Source: Octopus vulgaris (taxonomy: Eukaryota). From it: a stretch of DNA of 64,000 nt. The notes beneath the pieces are model-generated. The model did no database searches. It was not told the origin of the DNA and saw nothing but the letters and a program-made list of their open reading frames with translations. Location of the stretch: assembly GCA_951406725.2 (NCBI GenBank), contig OX597820.1, positions 111,724,001 through 111,788,000 of the forward strand, in the 5' to 3' direction. A program made the position numbers and the translations under genes. Shown in pieces: positions 49,030 through 62,537 of the stretch. How positions within the stretch are numbered: the first letter of the stretch is position 1; every line of letters begins with the position of its first letter.

Positions 49030-52000
49030 GCTTTTAATATTTTATAAAATATTGTTTTGGTGTTTCTAGGTCTTCGTTAAAGATACTGCAGGGATGTAAA
49101 TATGATTTGTTATGAGTGAAGTACTTGGGTTTAGTAGGGGAAAGCCTAAAATGGTATTGTGCAACATTCATACCTTTCTCAAACGGTATACACTGAAAGC
49201 AAAAGAATGTGACATTATCTAGTTGTTTTGAACTCCTGGTACTCTCAGATGCCCCTGTAGGATATCATCATTTAACATCCATCTTTCATGCTAGCCTGGG
49301 TTGGAGAGTTTGACAAGACCTCATGAGCCAAGGGACTGCATTGAACTCCAATATCTGCTTTGGCATATTCTCTAAAGTTGCCTGCCAGCCACATCAGTGT
49401 GTATTGGGTGCTAGAATCTAAGTTAATACAGGTAAACAAACTACAATTAACTGCATAAATTCATAGGTCACTAGCAAATATTTAATCAAATGTGTTCCAA
49501 AGATATGATTTGAACTTAACACACATCTAGCATCATAATAACCACTTTCCCATACTTGCATGGATCAGATGGGATTTATGGAGGCAGATTTTCTATGGTT
49601 AAGTGATCTTCCTGTCGCCAGCCTCCAGCTGTTTCCAAGCAAAGTAATATTTTTTCATGATGTGACCGTTTTTCACAGAAGATTAGATATGCAGAACATT
49701 TTTATGCTGACACTTGTTTATGACTATCACATATTATCAAGACATGGAGGCATGCAAACACATATATACAATGGGCTTTTTTTTTTTCAGTTTCCATCTA
49801 CCAAATCTACCCACAAGGCTTTGGCTAGTTTGGTGATCTAACAAAAGATAGTTGCCTGAGGTGTCACACAGCATAACCAAACTCATCTGGTTGGAAAGTA
49901 AACTTCTTAACCACAGAAATTACATCTTTTTACTAAGTAGGTTAAACTTTTTAAAATTAAGCTACCTGGCTACAGACACTGGTTAATGTTGCTGGCAGAA
50001 TACAAGCAACTATACCAGCACATCCAACCATATATTGGATTCCGCTATGTGACTGTCACAAGCCACTGCTGTATGATCTATCATTCATTGTTACAGCAAA
50101 TCTTCAGTGTTGATATTAGTTTTACTATAAGGTAACTTGCTGTTACAAATCTGCTAAAACAGTTCTAGCAGGCTCCCCAACAAAATTTGAAAGATTGTAT
50201 ATCCAAGATTTTGAACTTTTGTGGATCATGAATATGATTGGACAGAACTGAAGACAACAGTCAAGCACTAATTCAACTTCTACACTAACAAGGAGTGTAA
50301 ATCTGATCAAAATAACAAATAGTTATGTAAACAATGAATTATCTGATAGATCATTGCATGATGAATGATGTATATTGGACTAAGTATCTTACAGAATTCA
50401 CATCCTGTGGCTAGGTTCCATCTTGGTAGAATTTGCTTTTCATCTCTCAAAGTTTAGTAAAATAATTTCAATATTAGAATGCACTTAAAGTAACAATTTA
50501 AAACATGGGATCCTAGCCATTCCACTGATGACATAAAAGACAAGAAAATGAAATATTACTAAATCTCTACTATATTCCAGTATCTATCCCATTAATTATT
50601 CACTATAACTGTTCACCTTTTTAATTAGTCTTGTTTTATCAGATCCGGCCCAAATAGTAGACCTGTTTTATGTTCAAACTAACCATATTCAGCTTCCCAC
50701 AGTGCTACGTCTTTTTGTCCAATGAGAAATCCTATCAAAATTCTCAAAGATTATTTGATTTTGATATTCACCTTGTTTTCTAAAGAGTTTATTTAAAATT
50801 GGACAAAATGTCAAACAAAAATATCATTGGACAAAGATGTCTGACCAAAAGATGTGGACGAAGTGACAGAAAGACAGGTTGCGGCCTCCCACACCCACCC
50901 CGTGATGTCATACTAAAAATAGACATGCTCATCATCAAACTCCCAAATTCCAAACAATGTGAATAAATAAAAATAATCTGAATGCTAAAGGGTTAAGGAA
51001 TAAAATCTATCTAAAGACTATGTAGTTAATGAAACTCGCTCCACAACTGCAGTTCCAGGTTCAGCATGGCTTCAGTTTGACCAATATCTTGCATGAAATT
51101 TGGTAGGTGAAAACTGTGTGCATTCACTAATATAATTTATCATTTAAATGTTTACTTTTTCACGCTTAAATGGATGAGATTTGCTGAGGCAGAGTTTGTA
51201 TGGGTGGATCCCTTCCTGTTATCAAACCTCACCTATTTTTACAAACAGGATAATATATCCCCATGGCTGGACATGCTATCATGGAAGACTGGAAGTAAAG
51301 GACCCTACATGAATGATGACGTCACTTATTGATATCTATCAAAGGAAAGTCAAACACACACACACACAAGCTCCTTTTAGTTTTCATCTACCAGATCTGA
51401 TCACAAGGCTTTGATTGGCCCAGTGCTTTAATAGAAGACACTTGCCACAAAACTACATGAAACTTTAGACCAATAAAGTTTGTACCAGACTGAATTGTAC
51501 TCCCTACCTCTGGCAAGGCTGCAGTTAAATGACTGAAAATAGTAATAAAATAAAATTCAATAGAAGACTTTTATTAGTTAAAATATAATCAAAATACATC
51601 CTCAATTAAGCCCAATCAGATTCTCTATAGCTGGATATTGCCAGTCATTTTCAGCCAAAGATTTTGCCTTTTGACGTAAATTTTTCATTCGTTGTTCATG
51701 GAGATCTGAAAAATAAATAATTATAACCTAAGATGATTATTAAAGCACTTTATCAATTTCAGGGAGGATATTTTTTTTTAATTCTTTACGGTTTAATATA
51801 AGAGGAAAAAAAAAGGAACATAATCATGAAGGTGAAAAAAGGTTAAACAGAATAGTTTTGTGATGTAAATAGTATCTTGATGCAATTCAAAGTTTATAGA
51901 TACATGGAAGATGCTTTGTGATATTTAATTCTCTTCAGAGTTGAAATCCTGCTAGGGTCAACTTCGCTTTTGAAATTAATAAACTAAGTTGATTAAATCA

Positions 52001-53379
52001 ATTGTATTCTCCTCCAACATTTGTGGCCTTGTACCTATATTAAGAGATTAATTTTATTCTCCATAGTTTAATGTCCACATTTCCATGCTTGCTTGGGTCA
52101 GACAAGTTGTTGAGACAGGTTTTTTATAGCTTGATGCCCTTCCTGTTGCCAACTCTCACTTGGAAAACAGGAAACAATATCGTGTGTATGATGCTGATGC
52201 TCATTTGCAATCACCACATCAAGGGAATATACATGCACAACACACACATTTATATAAAACAGGCTTCTTTCAGTTTTCATCTACTAAATCCACTCATGAG
52301 GATTTGGGCAGCCTAGGGCTATAGTAGAAGACATTTGCCCATGTTGCTGTGCAGTGAGACTGAACCTGAAACCACATGGTTGGAAAACAAGCTTCATAGC
52401 CACATCTGCATCTAAATATTTGACAGTATTTAATGATATCCCTTTGAGTTCAGATCTTGTAGGTGTCCTCACCTTCCTTCAGGGCCAATGAAATAAGTAT
52501 CAAACATTCAATTTGTTTCTTACCCTCAAAATTGTGGCTTTGAGCCAAAATGAATTATGTTGTTTCCTTTCTAAATACTGAAGTCAATATAATTGATAAT
52601 ACACTACTAAACTTGTAGTCATCTATCTATCTAAAAAATCATTTGTCTCTTAGATTATATACAAGCATTTACCTCAGATGAGATCATTCTTATGATCTCA
52701 CTGAGCAAAGATTATCCCAGGCTTCCAGGTGCTAAGCTAATGTGAGGTTGATCTTCAGTATATGATGTTCATCTTTCAAACAATACAGGTGGAATTGAAC
52801 TTAGCTTTGAATCCCTGACCAGCTTGTCTTTTCTGAAGATCATTAGATTTCACCTGTACTTGAGAAAGGAATAAAAATCAAAACTTCATCCCATTCCTCA
52901 TGCCATATAGAAAACAGCTATAGGATAGACTTTAGGTAGGATAGGGATGTAGAAATCTAAATCCCTATGGAGTGCTTTATATACATTTGGAGAAGAAAGG
53001 AATTTAATACAGGGTGGGAAATTTCATAAAATTCACCAATTGAAGCTTGATTACTGTACCTTTCCCTATACCCTTTTCAGTTATACCAACGGGGAAGGGG
53101 GTGAGAAATCTCTCCCCCACCTCTCCCAAGCATCCCCCTTAATCTTCCTATTACTCACCCTCCATAAAGGTCTAACGGTTGTACATGTACATATTAGACA
53201 GTGGAAAGGGTTAGAGGCGATGTCATGCACCCTACACGAGCCAAGCTAACTTGATTTCTCTCTTTTTCAATATTTAATTATGAGAATATGTTATTACCAA
53301 AAACATAAAAATTTTACCAACTTGATTAATCCGTCACTAAACCAGGATTTTATATGGAGAATTGCAACAGCAACACAAG

Positions 53380-53800
53380 CTACCCTGTGGTGATATGGTA
53401 CCAACTGTGAATGATCTCAAAATGCATGTGTTTCCAAACACTGCACAAAACTTTAGCTACAGTCAATGGCTCTGTGAGCGAGGCATCTTAGCTCCTTGTA
53501 ATGATGCTGTCAACAAAATCAATTGGGATCTCTTGCCAGGACAAGAACAGTTTTTCAAATCCATCGACACTGTCATTGATCAGAACCAAGCTGTAGTTTT
53601 TCCAACTGAGTTCCTGAACTCTCTGCAGCCATCTGGGATGCCACTTCACAACTTAACACTTAAAATGGGGGCCCTAATCATGCTGCTCAGGAATCTGGAT
53701 CCACCTCATCTGTGCAATGGAACCAGTCTGTTGGTGAAAATAATGCAACCTCATGTCCTAGAAGCAGCAATTATCACAAGGAAATATAAGGGTGAGGATG
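53380..53800 (+). mobile_element. Helitron PIF1-like helicase fragment
   Basis: WLCERGILAPCNDAVNKIN, FPTEFLNSLQPSGMPLHNLTLKMGALIMLLRNL..LCNGT. Intronless, truncated, abuts an RTE 3' UTR. Confidence 0.88.
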
Positions 53801-54078
53801 CCAGTACCCACGACTGGCTCCCGTGATGGTGGCACATGGGAGGCACTATCTGAGCATGATTGATGCTGGGCTTGCCTGACTGGTTCGTGTGCCAGTGGCA
53901 CATAGGAGACACCTGCTACACTCTAGGAGTGGTTGGTGTTGGAAGGGGCATCCAGCTGTAGAAACATTGCCGAATTGGATTGGAGCCTGGTGCATCCGCT
54001 GGCTCTCCAGACCTCAGTCAAGCCATCCAACCCATGGCAGCATAGAAAGCAGACATTAAATGATGATGTGCATGTATC

Positions 54079-54109
<31 letters not shown>

Positions 54110-54134
54110 ATCTATATATAAATATCTGTATATA

Positions 54135-55371
54135 TCAGGTCATCCCATAAGTTCTTTTTAATCATGAATGTACTTTCCCTGATTATCTCTGACTTCCTTC
54201 CAACTATTTACAAGCTTTTTAATCCCATCAATGTAAAACTCTTTTGGTTTCAAAACAAAGAACTCTGAAATGTCAGTTTCGACCTCCTCCTAGCTTACGA
54301 AAGTTATGTCCCCCAAATGATTCTGTAAACTATGAAACAAATGGTAGTCTGAATGGAGCAAGATCAGGAGAATAAGGTGGATGAGGAACTTTTTCCCAAC
54401 CAAGCTCTTCGATCTTCTGTGTTGTGATCTTTGCAGTGTGGGGTCACACATTGTCCTGATGGAACATCACTCCTTTTCGAATCACTAAAGCGGGTCTTTT
54501 TTTCTTCAAAGCTTGGTTCAAACGCTCTAATTGCTGACAGTAGACTTGAGCACTGATTGTTGCATTAGGTGATACAAATTCAAAGTGAATTACTCCTTTG
54601 CAATCCCACCAGACAGAGAAAAGAACCTTTTTTCCATCAAGTTCCCTTCTTGGTTGTGGTTGAGCTTTTTCCCTTTAATAAGCCACTGTTTACGACGTTT
54701 AACATTTCGATAGAAGATCCATTTTTCGTCACCAGTCACAAGTCTATCCAAAAAGGGGGAAATGAGTTCGCAAGAAAGGAGTGAAGAGCAGATGTCAACT
54801 CAGGATTTGCAGTTGCTTTCGGATAATTCATGAGGCAGCCATTTTCCAAGTTTAGGAACCTTTCCCAGTTGCTGAAGATGACGATGAACAGTTGTATGGT
54901 TTGAACTAAACTTTATTGCCAATTCTTCAACTGATAATGCAGGATTTTCTTCAAGTAATGCCTCAAGGAACTTATCATCAAACTCAACTGGACGTAATGT
55001 TTGATCTTCATCTTCAAGACTGAAATCTCCACTTCTGAATTTTGCAAACCATCTTCTGCAAGTTCTTTCATTCAAGCATTATTTCCCATAAACTGAGTGT
55101 ATGTTTCGAGTTGATTCGGTTGCAGAGTTTCCTTTTTATGTACTCATAAAGCATTATGTGCCTCAAATGCTCTTTGGATACTTCCATGTTAGAAAGTGTT
55201 TTAGTCAAAGAAATTTTAATTCTGTTATTCTGTAAAATAATATTTAATTAGTTTAAATGTGCACAAATGCATAAAAATAATTTTTAATTCCATTAGACAT
55301 TCTAAAATACTATTAAATTTCATTCAATTTTAAAAAGGATAAAATCGGACAGAACTTATGGGATGACCTGA
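54135..55371 (-). mobile_element. Full-length mariner (DD34D-type) with inactivated transposase
   Basis: TA-flanked perfect 21-bp TIR TCAGGTCATCCCATAAGTTCT. ATG at 55187 (MEVSKEHLRH), WLPHEL and HPPYSPDLAP motifs; stops and frameshifts. Confidence 0.95.
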
Positions 55372-55515
55372 TATATATGTGTGTGTGTGTGTGTATATAT
55401 ATAGTGAGAATTTACAAAAAAAAACAAGATGAAGACAGGTGTGTAAATAACAAACAGATGTATTAGTTTAACGTTCGGGAAACGATATATATATATATGT
55501 ATGTATGTATATATA

Positions 55516-55559
<44 letters not shown>

Positions 55560-55560
<1 letters not shown>

Positions 55561-57050
55561 AAATATTAGGGAATAAATCCAAACTTACAGGGAAAAATCA
55601 GATTTTATAGTAAAATATTATATTATATTAAAGTAGAGATAAAACCACTATTAGGCAAATAAAACAATGAAAAACTTAAGCCAATACATAAAATTAATTA
55701 ATTTATATTATTTTAAATATATATCAAAATTATTAAAAGTTTAATAAAAGATAATGAGTAAAACACTACGATCGTTTCATGGCTGTCCAATTCGTAATAA
55801 TTGGAGTTATGGTTACAGTCAATCTTCAGGTGATTAAAATATTTATCTTAGCGAGGTTTTGCCCCTACAACTGAGGGAGAATAGAAGAGTAGGTGATGAT
55901 TCTTGGGGAAATGAGAGGAAAGCTAAACTGAATCCTGTAGTGATACAAACACCTACCTCTGAAGTGATTGCCTGGTACCTTATTAAATCAACCAACCACC
56001 CTCTTGCTGGAAGAAAAAGAAATTTAAAAAAAGTTATAAAACCTTTTTGAAGTCCTTGGTAGGAGAGTTCCAGATCATGTTCAATTTGTAGTTTAAACAT
56101 CAGTGCAGAATTGCCATCTAGATAAAGAAAAGTAAACCAATTACTACAAATACAGTTAGAGGATTAGAAAGAGCAAATAAACCAGAGGCCAAGTAAAAAG
56201 GGGGTTTAACCACAACAAATGCAGTTAGGAGATTAGAGGGCAAGTAAAAAAAATAGGGGTTGAACATGCACAAAAAAATACAAATGCAACACTGAAGATA
56301 CTAAGATACACAACAGTAATGAAGAAAGAAGATCATTGAAAATACCTCGGTCAGATATTTACTATGTTGGATGTAAAAGAAGAGTTGGGAACAAGGATAA
56401 TGGTGGAATAAAATTATTTCAGAAGAGACAGAAATATATTTTATGACAAATAAAAAAATTACCCATCATCAAAAAGTAAAGTGTTCAACCAATGTTGGTC
56501 AGCACTAGTCGTTTATTGGAGCAGAAGATGGAAGAAAGGATGGAAAAGAAAATCAGAACAATGCAATATACCATGAGGGTAAGTTTTTACTTTTACACCC
56601 ATCTTGTGAGATGGATGTAAATTCTAATCAGAAGGCTTTCAATCACTCATAGAGAAAGAAAAGGTAAGGAACTGAATGATGTTTTCTTCTGCGAAAGAAA
56701 TTTTTGTCTTCAAAATTTAAGCTTTTAGATTCTTGCACCACCAATTCCATGCCTGTTACCAGTAAATTTTTACCATTACACTAGTCGCACGAGACATAAT
56801 GGGAAAAATTTACCAAAAGAAGAATGAAAAGAATCATGGAATAGATTCTTCAAGGGGGATTGAGGAGTATGTAAACAGAAAAATAGACAGAAGGATAACA
56901 TTGAAGAATACATGAAGGTAATAAGGGGAAATAAGAGGGTGGACTGAAAAGTTCATAGGCTAGAGCTGCGAAATCTTTCATGCATTAATTTCAACTCTTC
57001 TTAATAACTGCATTGCTTCTTTCCAGGTAAACTGACATCTAACTGTTCAA
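55560..57050 (-). mobile_element. Probable Penelope-like element remnant
   Basis: Contains the hammerhead motif and a decayed coding-like stretch (MQLLRRVEINA*KISQL). No RT motif recognised. Confidence 0.4.
55761..55835 (-). ncRNA. Type I minimal hammerhead ribozyme motif (Penelope-associated type)
   Basis: aauCAC-CUGAAGA-u-UGACUGU..ACAGCCA-u-GAA-ACGAUCGU-A-GUGuuu: complete core, palindromic stem III, short stem I. Confidence 0.65.
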
Positions 57051-57054
57051 AGAA

Positions 57055-57889
57055 CACCTCAAAAGTAACATCATGGTGTTATCAAGAACCTGCAGAGAAA
57101 GTGCTTAGTCCTCAAGGACGTTCATGCTGACATGGTTGCTACATTAAAGGATGATGCTCCAGCTATATCAGTTATGCAAAAGTGAGCATCTGAATTTAGG
57201 AGGGAAACAGAGTCATGAAGATGACCCAAGGTCTGGACATCTTGTAACTGTCACCAAGGAAAACATCCATGATCACATCATGAGAAAATTTGACATTGTT
57301 TGAGGCAAATCCAGATGGTTTCCTTGAACATTCTCCAATCCAGGATGAGATTTTGTTTCATCACTTTGAGCCAGAGACAATCCACACAGTGGAAACACCT
57401 GCTTCAAAGAAGGCCCCAGTATTTTGAGATACAAAAGGCATTGTGTTTATTGACTATCCTCAAAGGGGTCACACCATTGATGGAAAATACTATGCCAACC
57501 AAATGTCCAGGAAAAGTGACAAAAGGGGTCCTGTTTCATCAGGACAACATTCCAGAACACAAGTCCTTGCTTTCAATAGTTGCTGTAGCTTTGAATTGGC
57601 TGATCACCCTCCCTATTCTCCTGATTTGACCCCATCTGACTATCATTTGTTCCCCAACATGAAAAAACACTTGGCTGGGAACAAATATCACAGTAATAAC
57701 ATTATATCTGCTGTTGATAACGTTTTTGAACAACAAGATGAAAGCTCCTTCACCAATGGGATCCAAGTACTGCAACACCAATGGAAGAAGTGTGTAGACC
57801 ACAAGGGAGACTATGTTGAAAATAAACCTCATTTGATCACATTTTATGACAGGATCCTGGTCAGCCTATGAACTTTCAGCCAACCCTCA
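57055..57889 (+). mobile_element. Decayed mariner transposon
   Basis: IDYPQRGHTIDGKYY, LFHQDN, HPPYSPDLTPSDYHLFPNMKKHL, WKKCVDHKGDYVE. Confidence 0.9.
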
Positions 57890-59699
57890 TCCAAGACTGA
57901 TTTGAACTACAAGGGCAACGAACAGGAAAAAGGCTGAAGAGGGATATGTCCAGCAGGGTGTAGCGAGATGTGTAGCGAAATGTGTTGTTGATGAATCAAT
58001 GTAAGTTGTTGGGTGTAGCAGATTATGTTAGGTGTGTTTGACCAGCATTTAAGGAAAACAAAAATGAAGAATAGGAATACAGTTTTCATTATTTATTTGG
58101 TCACAGTTGTATTTACTTGTTGAATACTTGAAACAAATCTGCCGTTACATAAAACGGCCAACTACTTTGAGTTGGCAAAGTAAAAATGGAAGAAAGAGAA
58201 TGCTGATGGGACGAGATAGTACAAAACATGTTCTGTGTGTGTATATGTTGGTCATTTGGCGGTGTTGTGCTGGTTTTCTATCTCATTTGCAACTGCTAAC
58301 TGCTGTGTGTCACTGTTTGCCAGTTGCTGGTTAACTGGCATGTGTCTACGGGATCCGTATTCATAATGGCCACTTCAAGCTAGATGGAGGGATATACCAT
58401 CTGAACTTTCTGTGACACAGGCCAGGTCAGAGGTTGAGTGGAAACTCCTCCATCACTTTTTGACAGGACAAAGAAGTTTTTCGTGCCTGGTCAGCCAACA
58501 GTGGTGGATCAAGCGAGTGTGAATCCTTAGATTCCGTTTCAAATCCCAACCAGGAAAATAAAATGTAGCTTCCACACTAATCCCCCTCAGCCAGCAGAGG
58601 ACTGCTATATCCTGAAAGAAAACTAAATAGATTGATTTCTAAAAGTATATAGTAGTTCCTATTTCTCTGCCAATAGATACCATTGGAATTATTGAAGGTG
58701 ACACAACTAAAAGTGTTCTTAAAGATATATTGGGTATGCTTCTTATATTCTTTGAAACTTTGGTTATTTTCAAAATTGTTGTTAAAACCAATGGAAATTG
58801 CATAAACTTTTCAGCAATGCCATGACATCCCAAAATAATTCAAGAAATATTTCCAAAAGAGCTAAGCTCCAAATTGTATTAAAATTCTGAATGAGAAGCG
58901 AGTTTTTTCTCAACACAAGATTCCATCAGAAGGAAGTGAAACACACAGAATGGATATCCTGCCTGCAGCAGATATGAATTTATAAGAGTTTGTTAGCCCA
59001 AAACCTTACCTACAGAGATGTTTTAGTATATTACTTAACCTTTAACACAGTAAACTTATAAGTTCAATAATTCCATAAAAACTGCGTTTACAGAGGTTTT
59101 GTTAAGTAGAGGATTCATACCGTTGTTCATTTCAGGCAAGAAAAACCGGTAAACCTTACCAACCTGCTAAGACCATAAACATGGTGCCAACTTAAAATAG
59201 ATGTGTGTGTAACAAACTTCAATACTGCCTAACTTGAAGCCACTATACAATGCCATGTTATATGGAATTCAAAACATATTTGCGACATGGTGCAATGATG
59301 GTCAATATATAGATCTTCACCCGGGAACAAAAAAAAAAAATTAACCAACCTGGGGGGGGGGGACAAGTATGTGGAAAAGGAATATGAAAAAAAATGTGTG
59401 CTGACGACCTTGGGGATGGGGAGGGGACTTTCGGAAAATTCACAAGATCCGATTTTTTCCATCATAACTTCTGGTAAAATGGATATATATTGATCTTTGT
59501 TACGGAATCCCACGTTTCTGGTTATGGAGGATCCAATTCTGAAAAAAACTTTTCAAAATTTCAATTACTCTTTCCCCTCCCACTCCTTATTTTTCACTTT
59601 TCCCAGAAATTTTTTTTTCTTTTGTGAAATACGTAGAAAAATACGAAGATTACGATTCTGAAAAAAATAGATATGTAAAATTTAAATTTTTCAAAAAGA

Positions 59700-60745
59700 A
59701 TATATCTTATCTTATCATTTAGTTTCAGCTCACGAGCTGTGGCCATGCTGGGGCACCGCCATTCGGTGTTGCTACATGATTTTACTTCATGAATGCTTTT
59801 TAGCAATTGACATTTGGTGCATGAGAGAGTTTGATGCAGCTGCCCTCATCTGCACCTCCTGCCACCAAGTTGGTTCATCTGGGACACCTGACAGGAAGAG
59901 GTCCAGCTTTATTTTGAAGACATCTGCATCCACCCCATGCAGGTCTTTCAGGTCCTTTGGGAGGATATTGAAGAGCTGTGGACCTCTGAAGCCCAGGCTA
60001 TTGCAGTATCTTGTCCTACATCTTGATGGCAAATTTGGAGTCCTTGGCACCATGCAGTGGCGCCCAGCTCTAGTATTTGTGTATCTCTCGATGCCAAAGT
60101 TTGGAACAAGTCCTTCCAGGATCTTCCAGATGTATATTATGGCATATCTTTCTCGCCTACACTCTAAGGAATAGAGTCTTAATCTCTTGAGTCTTTCCCA
60201 ATAGCTTATATGCTGCATAGAGGCTATCTTCTTCGTGTAGCTTCGTTGGATTGCCTGAAGTTCTGAGATTAATTTGACACTGGTTGGTGACCATAGCTGA
60301 GAGCAATAGTCAAAGTGGCTTAGGACAAGTGTCCTCCAGAGGACCATAATGGTTTCCTGGTCTCTTGTTCTAAAAGCTCTAAGAATCCATCCGGTCAGCC
60401 GCCTACATTTCATTGCCAATTTAGCAACATGCACATGAAAGGTTGCATCATTACTCATGTAAATACCCAGGTCTTGCACTGATTGTGCCTCTGGGATTGC
60501 ATTTAGTTTTGCATGCTGATAGTATAAAGCTTGAAACTTTTCAGCATTGAACTGCATGCTATTCTTTTCAGCCCACTTGTATATTTTGTCCAGCTCACAT
60601 TGCAGGTGCATAGTGTCTTCAGGCTTCTGTATTACCTGTGAAATGTTTGTATCATCTGCATAGCTTGTGATCGTGGCTCTCTGTGGGGCTGAGGGCATGT
60701 CTGAGAGGGCCATTATGAAAAGCAGTGGTCCCAAAACAGTGCCTT
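59700..60745 (-). mobile_element. 5'-truncated CR1-group LINE (RT C-terminus plus 3' tail)
   Basis: 315-aa ORF with GPLLF, YADDT, WAEKNSMQFNAEK, DYCSQLWSP, SLECRRER. Tail ends in (GATAA)n. Confidence 0.9.
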
Positions 60746-60979
60746 ATTTATTAGAAAAAAATAAGGTACTCAGAAATATGGATGGTTGTACATTTATAGA
60801 TTTTTCTTAATATGTCACATATTTTTATAAATCATAAATTAGTGCTTCCATCTACTCTAGTAGAATCTCCAGATTTGAATTTTGTTTGAGAGGATTCGTC
60901 TCTTTTTATAGTATTATTGAGTGTGTAGGGGTGGGGAGAGATATAGGATAGTAAAAGAGGGTAAGGAATGGGGAGAAAG

Positions 60980-61232
60980 TGAGAGAGAGTGTGTGTCTGT
61001 GTATCTGAAAGGAGTGTCAATGGAAAAGAGAAGGAAAGAAAGAAGGAAGAAATGTGTTTACATCTATACAGCTGGTCAGTTCTTTCAATAGAAAGTGATG
61101 AGTTGATTCTTGGCCTTTAAAAATGGCAAAACCAGGTTGCTACTCTAAAGGGGATGTCTTGATAAAATTTATTTTTCAAAAAATTTGTCTGGATTTATTA
61201 TCATCATTATCCAGTGAGAGAGAGTGTGTGTA

Positions 61233-61277
<45 letters not shown>

Positions 61278-61390
61278 ATGTGCATCTGAGAGGAGTGTCA
61301 ATGGAAAAGAGAAGGAAAGAAAGAAGAAAAAAATTGTGTTTACATCTATACAGCTGTTCAGTTCTTTCAATAGAAAATGACAAGTTGGTT
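60980..61390 (+). repeat. Direct duplication of about 120 bp (60980-61105 and 61215-61390) with (GT)n expansion in the second copy
   Basis: ggagtgtcaatggaaaagagaaggaaagaaagaag...tgtgtttacatctatacagctg.tcagttctttcaatagaaa occurs twice. Confidence 0.85.
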
Positions 61391-61686
61391 AATAAAAGTT
61401 ATTTTTCAACCAAGTTGTTAGCAATATAACCCTTTCATACACAAGTCTCTGGTAAGTGTCTATTACTAATGCCAATAAAAGTATTCATTACTTTAAAACC
61501 AATAACTGTTGTACTAACCACTCCATAAACCATGGCAGTTAACCGCAATGTGTAGAGATTACAAAGGAGCTACTTTAGAAATGGACCTAGCAGTTCAGCA
61601 AAAGAGGCCGATTTGCTCAACTATAAAGGCGGTGCTCTAGCATGGCCGCAGTCAAATGACTGAAACAAGTAAAAGAGAGTAAAAGA

Positions 61687-62483
61687 GTATCTTCCCTTTG
61701 AACGGCAGATCGAGAAATTAATTTTTTGTAACTAAACACTTTCAAACTTCGGACACTGGTAGAATGTGTCATATAAACATCTTTTACTCTTAGTGTTGTT
61801 GAGAAAAGTTTCTATTTTCAAAGTTATTTCGTGTTAAAGTTGTCATATTTCAGTAATTTCAACCAATCAATGACGTGTATTCAGCTGAATAAAATTACTG
61901 CTGTTGTTTGTCAGCAACAACTATCGGCGGTGTATATTTCGTTTGTCACTTTTATTTATGACAGCGTTCGTGCGTTTGTACTGGGTTTAGGGCTAGGGTT
62001 AAGGCTGGGGTTTTAGGCTTAGAGTTACGGAAAAAAGTGAAAAATGAAGAAATTGAAGGGAGAGGGGGGCAAAAAAGTCTTTCCGAAAATAGTAGCTGAA
62101 AAACAGGAAAAAAAAAAGACTAAAAGCAGTAGAAATGTACAAATGATTATGGTGGTGCCATGAAGTAAACATGCTTCAGATACACTCGTTTATTCAAACA
62201 AATGTAACTGAGACGAAATATGTCATAAATAACAGTGACAAACGAAATATACACTGACGGAAGTTGTTGTTGACAAACAGCAGTAATTCTATTCAGCTGA
62301 ATACGTCATTGATTGGTTGAAATTACCGAAACATGACAACTTTAACACGAAATAACTTTCAAAATAGAAAACGCTAAGAGTAAAAGATGTTTTATATGAC
62401 ACATTCTACCAGTGTCCGAAGTTTGAAAGTGTTTAGTTACAAAAAATTAATTTCTCGATCTGCTGTTCAAAGGGAAAAGATCC
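61687..62483. mobile_element. Fold-back MITE related to the 19121-19938 element
   Basis: Arms of about 270 bp share tttttgtaactaaacactt..ctggtagaatgtgt..tttcaaccaatcaatgacg; right end AAAGATCC. Confidence 0.88.
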
Positions 62484-62537
62484 TTTTTGGATTTTTTGGA
62501 AAAGATTAAAAAAAAGTTATGAAAATGGAAAATATAT

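Noticed and set aside
53362-53826. Host PIF1 helicase gene
   Set aside because: Intronless, truncated at both ends, has Helitron-type motifs and abuts an RTE tail.
54800-57871. SETMAR-like host gene
   Set aside because: No SET domain; these are stop-riddled mariner copies, one with intact TIRs.
58107-59230. Unexplained coding-like stretch and tiny exon-like signals near 59010 and 59135
   Set aside because: No recognisable domain and no phase-consistent exon chain; possibly an old TE remnant.
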